This document shows positions 1 to 8,896 of a stretch of DNA of 25,242 nt, one piece after another. The stretch covers positions 1 to 25,242 of the forward strand of contig PSLL01000024.1 of NCBI GenBank assembly GCA_040289575.1, given 5' to 3'. Origin of the DNA: Candidatus Dadabacteria bacterium (GTDB taxonomy: Bacteria; Desulfobacterota_D; UBA1144; Nemesobacterales; CSP1-2). Both the position numbers and the translations under genes were made by a program. Below the pieces are notes generated by a model that was given only the letters and a program-made list of their open reading frames with translations, had not been told where the DNA came from and did no database searches. The first letter of the stretch is position 1. Each line of letters begins with the position of its first letter.

Positions 1-177
1 ATTGATAGTACGACATGAGTGATTGATTGAGACTTACACTGGATTCTTTCATATTGCTTGTGCTTTACTTAACTCTCAAGAGGGTTTTGAAATGACTTCT
101 AAGAGGGAATATGCTCTAATCTTATCTAGAGCCAAAATAAATACATTAGGTTTCTTTATTAAAGAACCTGTTGAATA

Positions 178-351
178 CCCCGATAGTTCTACTACGGGGA
201 TGAAAACAGATTGCCCTTTGGGCATGAAAGAATATAGAATACGGGTATGAGCCCACAGAGAATCTCTCATGTGGTATAAGACCTTAAATATCATTTTGTA
301 TGGATACCAAAGTACAGAAAGACGATTCTTAAAGAGACCATAGCCGCAAGG
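178..351 (+). mobile_element. IS200/IS605-family remnant: end hairpin plus 5' fragment of tnpA
   Basis: Imperfect hairpin CCCCG-ATAG-TTCTA-CTA-CGGGG at 178-199 and a second hairpin TGCCC-TTT-GGGCA at 212-224, just upstream of a Y1 transposase N-terminal fragment. Confidence 0.75.
247..351 (+). pseudogene. tnpA: IS200-type Y1 transposase, N-terminal fragment with in-frame TAA
   Basis: Manual translation MSPQRISHVV*DLKYHFVWIPKYRKTILKETIAAR matches the TnpA signature (SH..YDLKYHFVW.PKYR). TAA at 277-279 replaces the conserved Tyr, and similarity is lost after ~351, before the HUH motif. Confidence 0.85.
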
Positions 352-540
352 GGGCCTTCCCGACATTTCCACTTCCTAGTTCTCCGGCCAATGTGCGTCA
401 GCTTCTGAGGCGAAGAGGTGAGGTATGGGGAGCAGAGTCGGGGGTTAATAAACTGGTTTAATAAAGCTTCCCTAAGCCGGAGAGCAGATAGAAGTATACT
501 TAAACTAGCAAATTTATATATAAACGGAGGGGATAAAGCC

Positions 541-999
541 ATAATCTATCCTAAATTTGTCGCTTTTGTTCTGCTATTTTTGTCAATAGCCGTTGCTGCA
601 ACGAATTCAGTTGTGTCTAATGATGATCGGGTTATTTATTTTAATAGTGCTGAGGTATCAGCGGCTTTTAAGAAAGGGACGACGTCGTTAATCAAATTCG
701 GCAGTTATAATGTCCTTGTGTGTCATCGGGAAACTCCCGGGGTGCCGGAGGTTCACATAAAGGACACCGATGTTTTTTATGTTATAGAAGGTTCCGCTAC
801 ATTGGTTACAGGTGGAACCGTTGTAGGTGGACACCCTATTTCACCCAATGAGATTAGGGGAAAGGAAATTATAGGCGGCAAGGTATACAGGCTCAACAGG
901 GGCGATGTGATTATCATTCCCAGGAATATGCCCCACTGGTTCAAAGAGGTTCCGAGACCATTTTATTATTTCGCTGTCAAGATTCAGCTAGTGATTTGA
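541..999 (+). CDS. Exported cupin-domain protein
   Basis: Cupin motifs EVH...DVFYVIEGSATL and GDVIIIPRNMPHWF. The signal-peptide-like stretch IYPKFVAFVLLFLSIAVAA starts at an ATA codon (541) 10 nt after GGAGG. Start uncertain: the ORF track begins at GTG 418. Confidence 0.75.
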   Translation: MIYPKFVAFVLLFLSIAVAATNSVVSNDDRVIYFNSAEVSAAFKKGTTSLIKFGSYNVLVCHRETPGVPEVHIKDTDVFYVIEGSATLVTGGTVVGGHPISPNEIRGKEIIGGKVYRLNRGDVIIIPRNMPHWFKEVPRPFYYFAVKIQLVI

Positions 1000-1037
1000 A
1001 AAGCTCCCTGGCTTATTAGGCCTCTCTAAAATCTATC

Positions 1038-2504
1038 TTAATCCGTATGTTGAAGCTTTGATCGGGCCAAGCTATGACGATAACCATAGGAGAAGTAAAT
1101 TACAAGCCCAATTGCCATCCAGATAATCAGCCGCAGCCATGTATCGTGCGGCAGCGACAACATCTGTATTAGGCTTATGGCAGCACCCAGTATAGGTACC
1201 AGCGGAACCAGCGGCGTTTTGAATGACCTTGGCAGTTCCGGACGGGTATAACGAAGCACAAGCACACTCATACTGACAATAATGAAGGCAAACAGTGTCC
1301 CAATGGATACAAGTTCGCCCAGAATGCCTATTGGGAATAGACCCGCAAAGAAAGCCGCTAATATGCCTGTAAGTATCGTTGTAATATACGGCGTTCGGAA
1401 CTTGGGATGAACCGCTGCAAACTGTTTTGGCAATAGACCGTCCCGTGCCATTGAATAAAAGATTCGAGGCTGTCCCATCATAAAGACGAGAATGACAGAA
1501 CTGAGTCCGGCAATTGCCCCGATTTTAATGAAGGGGCGTAACCAAAAGAGCTTTGAGCCCATGGAGTTTACAGCCACAGCAATAGGGTCCGGCACCAATA
1601 GCTGGTCGTATTTCACAATAGCGGTCAACACCAGTGCCACGGCGATATAGAGCAGTGTACAAACGCCAAGTGAGCCTAGAATGCCAACCGGCATATCACG
1701 CTGTGGGTTTCGCACTTCCTGAGCCGCTGTGGAAACGGCATCAAAACCGATGTAAGCAAAGAATATAACACCGGCACCGCGTAGGATACCGCTCCACCCA
1801 AAGTATCCAAATGTTCCCTCATTTGGTGGTATGAAGGGTTTCCAATTATCTGTGTTAATGAAAAATAGGCCCACACCGATAAAGAGCAGCAATACAGAGA
1901 TCTTGATAAATACCATTATGTTGTTTGCAACGGCGGATTCCCGAATGCCCAGCACTAGTAGAAAGGTCATCACCGCGATAATTAAGACGGCGGGCAGGTT
2001 GATAATCGCACCTGTGTGTATCCAGCCCATCTTTGCATCGAATACTAGTGGAGACTTTGAAAGCTGCTCGGGAATCATAATGTCAAAGTCCCTTAGAAAG
2101 CTCACCATATATCCGGACCAGCCAACGGCCACCGTAGATGTGCCAAATAGGTATTCCAGAAGAAGGTCCCATCCGATAATCCATGCAAAAAACTCACCCA
2201 GCGTTGCATATGCATAGGTATATGCGCTGCCGGCAAGGGGGATCATAGAGGCCATTTCCGCATAACACAAACCGGTCAATGCACAGCCAATGCCCGATAT
2301 AACGAAGGACAGTACAATGGCTGGTCCAGCATACTGAGCAGCAGCCTGGCCCGTCAGCACGAAAATACCGGCACCGACAATGATGCCGATGCCAAGACTT
2401 ATCAGATTCAATGGGCCCAGCACGCGCCTCAGGCTGTACCTTTTGTCCTCTGCCTGTTCTAGTAGTTCAGTGATAGACTTTTTCGCCAGAAATCCTCGGG
2501 CCAT
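1038..2504 (-). CDS. APC-superfamily amino acid permease (CAT-like)
   Basis: 488 aa polytopic membrane protein with IVGAGIF, GSAYTYAY, FFAYIGFDAV and HPKFRTP motifs. Confidence 0.95.
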   Translation of the reverse strand: MARGFLAKKSITELLEQAEDKRYSLRRVLGPLNLISLGIGIIVGAGIFVLTGQAAAQYAGPAIVLSFVISGIGCALTGLCYAEMASMIPLAGSAYTYAYATLGEFFAWIIGWDLLLEYLFGTSTVAVGWSGYMVSFLRDFDIMIPEQLSKSPLVFDAKMGWIHTGAIINLPAVLIIAVMTFLLVLGIRESAVANNIMVFIKISVLLLFIGVGLFFINTDNWKPFIPPNEGTFGYFGWSGILRGAGVIFFAYIGFDAVSTAAQEVRNPQRDMPVGILGSLGVCTLLYIAVALVLTAIVKYDQLLVPDPIAVAVNSMGSKLFWLRPFIKIGAIAGLSSVILVFMMGQPRIFYSMARDGLLPKQFAAVHPKFRTPYITTILTGILAAFFAGLFPIGILGELVSIGTLFAFIIVSMSVLVLRYTRPELPRSFKTPLVPLVPILGAAISLIQMLSLPHDTWLRLIIWMAIGLVIYFSYGYRHSLARSKLQHTD

Positions 2505-2588
2505 AATCTCTCCGACCTAAACAATTGTAATATCCTAATAGAGCTTTACATAAAAAATTATGAATAAAAAGAAGAAGCTTTAAAATAG

Positions 2589-2650
2589 ACAGGGTTAATA
2601 TAAACTGGGTCGGCGGTTTATAGTACTTGCGGCTGTTAAAGAAACCCTGT
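2589..2650 (+). other. Nested inverted repeats in a divergent intergenic region (candidate structured leader)
   Basis: ACAGGGTT (2589-2596) pairs with AACCCTGT (2643-2650) and encloses TATAAACTG-GGTCGG-CGGTTTATA (2599-2622). Confidence 0.4.
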
Positions 2651-2687
2651 AACTTTTAAACAATAAATTAACACAGGGGGATTGAAT

Positions 2688-3059
2688 ATGACCGATGAAG
2701 AAAAGAAAGCAATCGCTTCAGAATATCTCCATAGTCTGGATACGGGTAATGATTTCTTTCATCTTTTTGCTGAGGATGCCGAGGTGTTCTTCCCTAGGTC
2801 GGGTGTTGTGAAAGGGAGAGAACAGTACAAAAAGCTCTTTTCAGATTTAGGAGCTAAGGTCGAGAGGTTCAAGCATCACCATGATAGGATCAAATGGGTA
2901 ATTCAAGGTGATTTTGTGGTAGCTGAAGGGTCGAGCGAGGGAAGATTAAGGACTGGGGAGAGGTGGACTGATAGTAAATGGTGCGATGTATTTGAAATCA
3001 GAGGCGGTAAGATCCAGCGTCTCTACATATATCTAGACCCGGAGTATGCCAGATATTGA
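2688..3059 (+). CDS. SnoaL-like / NTF2-family protein
   Basis: LFAEDA..FFP, VVAEG and WCDVFEIRGGKIQRLYIYLDP pattern; purine-rich RBS ACAGGGGG upstream; alternative TTG start at 2682. Confidence 0.85.
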   Translation: MTDEEKKAIASEYLHSLDTGNDFFHLFAEDAEVFFPRSGVVKGREQYKKLFSDLGAKVERFKHHHDRIKWVIQGDFVVAEGSSEGRLRTGERWTDSKWCDVFEIRGGKIQRLYIYLDPEYARY

Positions 3060-3216
3060 CTTTATCTGGAGAGATTGAAGATATGAAAGTCATGCGTATA
3101 TCTGGGAAATGAGATTAAAAATTCGCACCTTCGATTTTTTGAAACGACTGCGGTCTTGAGGACATCTAAAAGTAATTGCTGGCATTTCAAACTATTTCTG
3201 ATATGGGGTATAAGCC

Positions 3217-4650
3217 ATGATAGTAAACGAACTCAAAAATATGGAGCTTTTTCCCGAATTAATAAATCAAATTAAAAACGTTGACCTTTTTTCCGAGCTC
3301 AGCGAAAAAGAAATGAGTTGCGAAATTAACGGTGACCTGATTGAACTCAAACAGGGAGAGATTTTATTTAATGAAGGCGATGAAGCCCGCCATTTTTATG
3401 TCGTATTGGAAGGAACTATACAGGCTTACCGGATAATTAACGGGCAGAGACTTACTAACTTTACTAAGGGAATGACCGGAGGAGAGGTCCCATTATTGTT
3501 AGGAACCCATCATCTGGCAAATTGTGTAGCGCTGACGGATGCAAAATTATTAAGGTTAGATGAAAAGAGTTTTTGGACGATGATCGGGAACTGTGAAACC
3601 GTGAGAACGAAAATACTTGCAAATATGGCTGAAAGAATGCAACAACTCCAGCTATTATCTTTTCAGAGGGAAAAACTGATTTCATTGGGTACTATAGCGG
3701 CTGGCCTAGCACATGAACTCAACAATCCTGCTTCCGCAGCAAAAAGAACGGCTGAAAATCTCTCCAAGACATTACATGAGTTCGATATACATTCAACAGA
3801 GATGCTCAAATGGGTGATGTTCAAGGAAGAAGTTAACAAAGAGGGATTTCCTTTTCAGCCTATTGCCGACATAATTCAAATCGAGGGTGTAAAGATGGAC
3901 CCATTGAAAAGAAGTGAATTGGAAGATGAATTGGCGGATTGGATGAAGGAACAGGGAGTAGAAGACCCGTGGAATATTGCATCTACATTGGTTTCGGTAG
4001 GTTTTACAAAGGATAATCTGTCCAAGTTTGTAAAGAAGTTAGTATCTGAACACATCACCAACTTTTTAAACTGGCTGCAAAAAGATGTGGAGATGCGTCT
4101 ATTGGCTAATGAGCTTAAGCAAAGCACAACAAGGATTTCTGAGGTAATCAGCGCCATGAGGTCTTATACATATATGGATCAGGCGATTGAAAAGTCAAAA
4201 ATTAATCTCCATGAAGGCATTGATAATACGCTTATTATATTGAATCACAAATTGAAAAAGAAAAAGATTAAGGTGACCAAGGAGTATGGTGAAGGTATTC
4301 CTGAAGTATCTGCGTACGGAAGCGAGTTAAACCAGGTATGGACGAATTTGATAGATAACGCAATTGATGCTCTGGCCGATGAGGGCAATATAAGGATCAA
4401 AACGTATCTCGACGGAGACGATCATAATACGGTTGCGGTTGAAATCATTGACAACGGTACCGGTATCCCAAAAGAGATTCAGCACAGGGTTTTTGAACCC
4501 TTCTTTACTACAAAAAGGGTAGGAGAAGGAACAGGATTAGGATTGGAGATTTCTCACAGAATTGTGGTCAATCAGCATCACGGATCTATTGATCTATTTT
4601 CTGAGCCAGGATTTACAAAGTTTAGAGTTTCTTTGCCGGTTGATTTGTAG
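3217..4650 (+). CDS. Cytoplasmic sensor histidine kinase with N-terminal cyclic-nucleotide-binding-like domain
   Basis: cNMP-type pattern (LKQGEILFNEGDEARHFYVVLEG...GEVPLL); H box GLAHELNNP; N box LNQVWTNLIDNAIDA; G1 DNGTGIP; F FEPFFTTK; G2 GTGLGL; no transmembrane helix. Confidence 0.93.
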   Translation: MIVNELKNMELFPELINQIKNVDLFSELSEKEMSCEINGDLIELKQGEILFNEGDEARHFYVVLEGTIQAYRIINGQRLTNFTKGMTGGEVPLLLGTHHLANCVALTDAKLLRLDEKSFWTMIGNCETVRTKILANMAERMQQLQLLSFQREKLISLGTIAAGLAHELNNPASAAKRTAENLSKTLHEFDIHSTEMLKWVMFKEEVNKEGFPFQPIADIIQIEGVKMDPLKRSELEDELADWMKEQGVEDPWNIASTLVSVGFTKDNLSKFVKKLVSEHITNFLNWLQKDVEMRLLANELKQSTTRISEVISAMRSYTYMDQAIEKSKINLHEGIDNTLIILNHKLKKKKIKVTKEYGEGIPEVSAYGSELNQVWTNLIDNAIDALADEGNIRIKTYLDGDDHNTVAVEIIDNGTGIPKEIQHRVFEPFFTTKRVGEGTGLGLEISHRIVVNQHHGSIDLFSEPGFTKFRVSLPVDL

Positions 4651-4707
4651 AAAGTGCAAGATGCGTGATATAAGACAAATCATATATCATCGGTTAGGGA
4701 TTGAAAC

Positions 4708-6369
4708 ATGAAAAAGCCAATAATATTTGCGGTAGATGACGATCATCAAGTTATAAGGGCCATTGAAAGAGACCTGAGAAACGCTTATAGGAAAGACTAC
4801 AGAATACTGAGCACCGATTCCCCGAGGGAGGCTCTTGAAGCGCTGAAGGAATTGAAATTAAAGGCTGAGACAGTCGCAATGTTCATATCCGACCAGCGAA
4901 TGCCCGAGATGGAGGGGGTTGATTTCCTTACGGCGACAAAAGAGTATTATCCGGACGCTAAAAGGGCTTTGTTAACTGCGTATTCGGATACCAGTGCCGC
5001 TATAAGGGCGATAAATGACGTTAAACTCGATTATTATTTAATGAAACCCTGGGATCCACCGGAAGAGAAGCTATATCCCGTTTTGAACGACCTCCTGGAT
5101 GATTAGCAAGGCAACTTCAAACCTGAATTTGAGGGAATTAAAATTGTAGGCTATCAATGGTCTCCCCGTTCTCATACCATCAAGGAATTTCTTGCCGGAA
5201 ATCTCATCCCCTATTTATGGCTTGATGTTGAGACGAGCAATAAAGCAAGAGAACTTTTGACGCTGGGCAGTATTGATAGCAATGACCTTCCGGCTGTGTT
5301 CTTTGATGACGGCTCATATTTAGTAAACCCTGACTTGTTGTCTCTAGCCGGAAAGGTTGGATTAAAAGCCCAAGCCTCGGAAAAAATGTACGACGTGGTA
5401 ATCATAGGAGCGGGTCCCGCTGGTTTGGCGGCGGCTGTTTATGGGGCTTCTGAAGGATTAAAAACGCTTTTAATTGAAAGAAGGGCACCGGGCGGGCAGG
5501 CAGGAACCAGTTCAAGAATTGAAAATTACCTGGGTTTTCCTTCTGGTCTCAGTGGCTCAGAGCTTACCAGAAGAGCTATATCCCAGGCAATCCGCTTTGG
5601 TGCAGAGTTTCTTTCTCCTCGGGAGGTAGCAGACATCAGGCTAGAAGACAATTACAAGGCACTTGTCCTTTCCGATGGCACCGAGATTAATACGTTGAGC
5701 ATCATCATTGCAACAGGGGTTGATTACAGGCAATTGGGGGCTAAAGGCACCGATAATTTTACTGGCGCGGGTATATACTATGGATCCGCTACCACAGAAG
5801 CGCAGGCCTGCAAAGACTCGGATGTATACGTTGTTGGCGGCGGCAATTCAGCTGGTCAGGCCGCCATGTATTTATCAAAGTTCGCCTGTCAGGTTTATAT
5901 ACTAATACGCAAGGATTCACTCTCATCAACAATGTCTCATTATTTGGTTGGCCAGATTAATAACACTGAAAATATCCATGTTTTGAGCAAAACGGTTGTT
6001 GCGGAAGCAAAGGGTGAGGGGAAATTGGAAGAACTCGTTCTCGAGGATGTTGATACCAAGGAAAGGAGAGCGGTGAATGCCCGATTCTTATCTATTTTTA
6101 TTGGAGCCAAGCCATATACGGATTGGATCAAATTGGATGTCATTAAGAACTCCAAAGGATTCATAGAGACCGGCAGAGACCTTTATAATTACAAGAATTT
6201 TAAAAAGGTATGGAAGTTAGGGCGTGAACCGTTTCTGCTGGAGACCTGCTGTCCGGGTATTTTTGCCGCGGGGGATGTAAGAGCAGGTGCAATGAACCGA
6301 ATAGCCTCGGCAGTTGGAGAGGGCGCTATGGCTATTAAATTTGTGCACGAATACCTTTCTGAACTTTGA
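4708..6369 (+). pseudogene. Receiver domain / glutaredoxin-like / thioredoxin-reductase-like FAD oxidoreductase fusion, split by one in-frame TAG
   Basis: ORFs 4708-5106 and 5257-6369 share a frame. Reading through TAG 5104-5106 gives LLDD*QGNFKPEFEGIKIVGYQWSPRSHTIKEFL with no further stop. REC motifs VDDD, SDQRMP, LLTAY, MKPW; FAD motif GAGPAG; NAD(P)H motif GGGNSA; GIFAAGD. Confidence 0.88.
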
Positions 6370-6383
6370 TCGGTTATTTATAA

Positions 6384-6590
6384 CGACAATGCGATAAGTG
6401 CATTAAATGTGAGATAGATGGACACATTTAAGAATCTGTCAGACCTGTGGCGAAGTCGACTGCTGCGATTCATCAAAGAATAAACATGCGACTAAGCATT
6501 ATTGGGAAACCAGGCATCCCGTAGTCATCTCTGCGGAGCGGGACGAAAGGTAAGTGGTATTATGAAGATGAGGCTTTCATCGAGTATTAA
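6384..6590 (+). pseudogene. UBP-type zinc-finger protein, frameshifted and lacking its start
   Basis: Manual translation across two frameshifts (~6411, ~6551): RQCDKCIKC / DRWTHLRICQTCGEVDCCDSSKNKHATKHYWETRHPVVISAERDER / KWYYEDEAFIEY*. This matches the bacterial zf-UBP pattern W.HLR.C..CG.VGCCDSS..KHAT.H. Confidence 0.88.
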
Positions 6591-6596
6591 AAGTAA

Positions 6597-6803
6597 ATGG
6601 ATACCGAAGTCGTACTTGCCGGAACCGTTCCTACGTTTTTAGTTGAGATCGTTGCGTTGATTGCGGTAAGCTCAGTTATCACCTATCTGTGCCAGCGCCT
6701 GGGGCTGGTGCCCATCGTGGGGTTTCTGCTGGCTGGCGTGCTGATCGGTCCCGGGGCACTCGGACTGGTGAAAAATCAAGAACTGGTTGACGCAACGGCC
6801 GAA
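6597..6803 (+). pseudogene. CPA2 (Kef-type) cation:proton antiporter, N-terminal fragment
   Basis: RLGLVPIVGFLLAGVLIGPGALGLV....LVDATAE is the CPA2 TM1-2 signature; it breaks off just before the expected GV.LLLF helix. Confidence 0.85.
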
Positions 6804-6804
6804 A

Positions 6805-6939
6805 GTGGAAGGGTTCACAAATCCTGAGATATCAAAAATATTGGTTCTTTCTCCCACAAATGTTAAGTCCAAGATTCACAGGGCAAGACTTTTCTTAAGA
6901 GATAAGCTCTCAGATTATTTCTATGAATGGAGAAAATAA
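6805..6939 (+). pseudogene. ECF-type sigma-70 factor, region 4 C-terminal fragment
   Basis: Manual translation VEGFTNPEISKILVLSPTNVKSKIHRARLFLRDKLSDYFYEWRK* matches the region 4.2 HTH pattern EG.S..EI..IL......VKSR.HRAR..LR. Confidence 0.82.
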
Positions 6940-7071
6940 TTTGCATCTGTCTTACGTGAATCTACATCCAAATAGACAAATAACCCTAAATAGTGCATCA
7001 ATGGGATTAGCGAATTTGAGCAGGTCTGCGATGGAATAAACAAAAATAACTATAACTTAAAGAGAAAAAAC

Positions 7072-7263
7072 ATGAAATCATTCCAAGGTAAAGTAGCTAT
7101 CATCACTGGTGGAACTTCCGGTATAGGACGGACTACGGCACTTGCGTTTGCAGAAGAAGGTGCCAAAGTGGTTGTCATGGGCCGCCGGGAAAAAGAAGGA
7201 GCTGAAACAACTCGATTGGTTAAAGACGCCGGAGGCGAAGGTTTTTTCATTAAAGCTGATATA
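7072..7263 (+). pseudogene. Short-chain dehydrogenase/reductase, N-terminal fragment
   Basis: GKVAIITGGTSGIG Rossmann motif through FIKADI, after which similarity ends; no NAG or YxxxK motif. The remainder of the ORF overlaps the next gene. Confidence 0.85.
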
Positions 7264-7304
7264 ATAAGCAAGTGGGATAGGATAAGAGAGGGAGGAGAAA
7301 CGAA

Positions 7305-8261
7305 ATGGCAAACAATATTCTCGGCATTCATCATGTCACAGCAATAGCTGGAGATCCGCAAAGGAATCTGGATTTTTATACAGAACTCCTGGGATTGCGT
7401 CTGGTAAAGCTAACAGTCAATTTCGATGACCCAGGCACATATCACCTTTACTATGGAGATGATATAGGGCATCCGGGCACGATACTAACATTCTTTCCCT
7501 GGCCCGGGGCACGGAGGGGTCGCCGTGGCATAGGACAGGTGACTGTCACATCGTTCTCCGTACCCAAAAGGTCATTGGGATACTGGATGGAACGTTTCAA
7601 AAGCCAAGGCGTTGTCTTCGATGAACCCATAAGTCGTTTTAATGAAGATGTGCTCACCTTCTTTGACCCGGATGGAATGGCTCTTGAGCTTGTTGGTTGC
7701 TCCGATGCGCGCAGTCCATGGAAGAACGGTCCGATTCCTTATGACTATGCCATACGGGGTTTTTACGGCATAACAATAACGGTAGAAGGATATGAGCGCA
7801 CGGCATCGCTTCTAACCGAGGTGATGGGTTTTCGTTATGTCCGAGAGTCTGGGGGCCGTTTCAGGTATGAAGCGGGTGCAGAAGGGGCAGGTGCTCTCAT
7901 TGACATTCAGTGCCTTCCATATGGAACAATGGGCAAGGTGGCCGTTGGCACTGTGCATCATGTTGCGTGGCGTGTGGCTGACGAAGATAATCAGAAGGCC
8001 TTGCGTCAAGACATTGTAAGGTTCGGACTCAATGTTACGCCTGTTATAGACCGCAAGTACTTCCACTCGATCTACTTCCGTGAGCCTGGCAGGGTGCTTT
8101 TCGAGATCGCAACCGATCCGCCGGGGTTTGGGGTGGATGAGCCCCCGGAGCAACTGGGGACGAAACTGCAACTGCCGCCTTGGCTTGAACCCAGCAGGGC
8201 CAAGATTGAGCAGGTCTTGCCTCCACTACGACTGCCTAAGTCGGTTAGGAAGGGGATATGA
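7305..8261 (+). CDS. VOC-family ring-cleaving dioxygenase (MhqO/LinE/PcpA-like)
   Basis: GIHHVTAI, TVNFDDPGTYHLYYGD, GTVHHVAWR, DRKYFHSIYFREP and FEIATDPPGF motifs; RBS GGAGGAG. Confidence 0.93.
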   Translation: MANNILGIHHVTAIAGDPQRNLDFYTELLGLRLVKLTVNFDDPGTYHLYYGDDIGHPGTILTFFPWPGARRGRRGIGQVTVTSFSVPKRSLGYWMERFKSQGVVFDEPISRFNEDVLTFFDPDGMALELVGCSDARSPWKNGPIPYDYAIRGFYGITITVEGYERTASLLTEVMGFRYVRESGGRFRYEAGAEGAGALIDIQCLPYGTMGKVAVGTVHHVAWRVADEDNQKALRQDIVRFGLNVTPVIDRKYFHSIYFREPGRVLFEIATDPPGFGVDEPPEQLGTKLQLPPWLEPSRAKIEQVLPPLRLPKSVRKGI

Positions 8262-8896
8262 AGATGCCCGCAAAGTAACTCGGATTCATACATCTCTTTG
8301 TTCCGACCCAAGAGTCGGGCCCATCATTTACTTTACTTCTTCTCCATGGAACAGGGGGGAATGAAAGAGACATGATCCCTTTAGGACGTTCACTGTCCCC
8401 TGGTGCAGCCCTACTCAGCCTCCGTGGTAAGATACTGGAAAACGGCATGCCAAGATTTTTCCACCGTTTTTCTGAGGGTGTGTTTGATATGGAGGACTTG
8501 GAGTTCCGCACACATGAGATTGCCGACTTTGTGGAGGCCGCATCTGCTGTTTACGGCTTCGACTCTCGTAAAGTCATAGCAGTCGGGTATTCAAACGGTG
8601 CTAATATCACAGCCAGCATGCTCTTACTCCGTCCGAGACTGCTTGAAGGAGCGGTTTTATTTCGTCCCATGGCGCCTCTGGTTCCTGATATGCCACCAGA
8701 CCTCCCAGGTATTCATGTCTTCATCTCAGCCGGGAGGATTGACCCCCTTGTTCCGAAAGAACAGACCAAAAGATTAGTAACCCTGCTTCAAGACTGCAGA
8801 GCAGATGTCACATTGCGGTGGCAGAATGAAGAGCATGCTCTAATCGCTCAAGAGATTAAAGAGGCAAAAGAATGGTTGTCGGAAATAGTAGTGTGA
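8258..8896 (+). pseudogene. Alpha/beta hydrolase (MhqD-like carboxylesterase) with early in-frame TAA
   Basis: ATG 8258 overlaps the upstream TGA. Reads MKMPAK*LGFIHLFVP...LLLLHGTGGNERDMIPLG in frame with the 8372 ORF; nucleophile motif GYSNG; TAA at 8276-8278. Confidence 0.85.

Noticed and set aside
1..52. Possible minus-strand gene start (MKESSVSLNQSLMSYYQ) leaving the window
   Set aside because: Too short to support, and no clear RBS
23..542. ORF-track calls 23-250 (+), 76-372 (-) and 291-542 (-)
   Set aside because: No recognisable motifs; they overlap the IS200 remnant, which explains the sequence better
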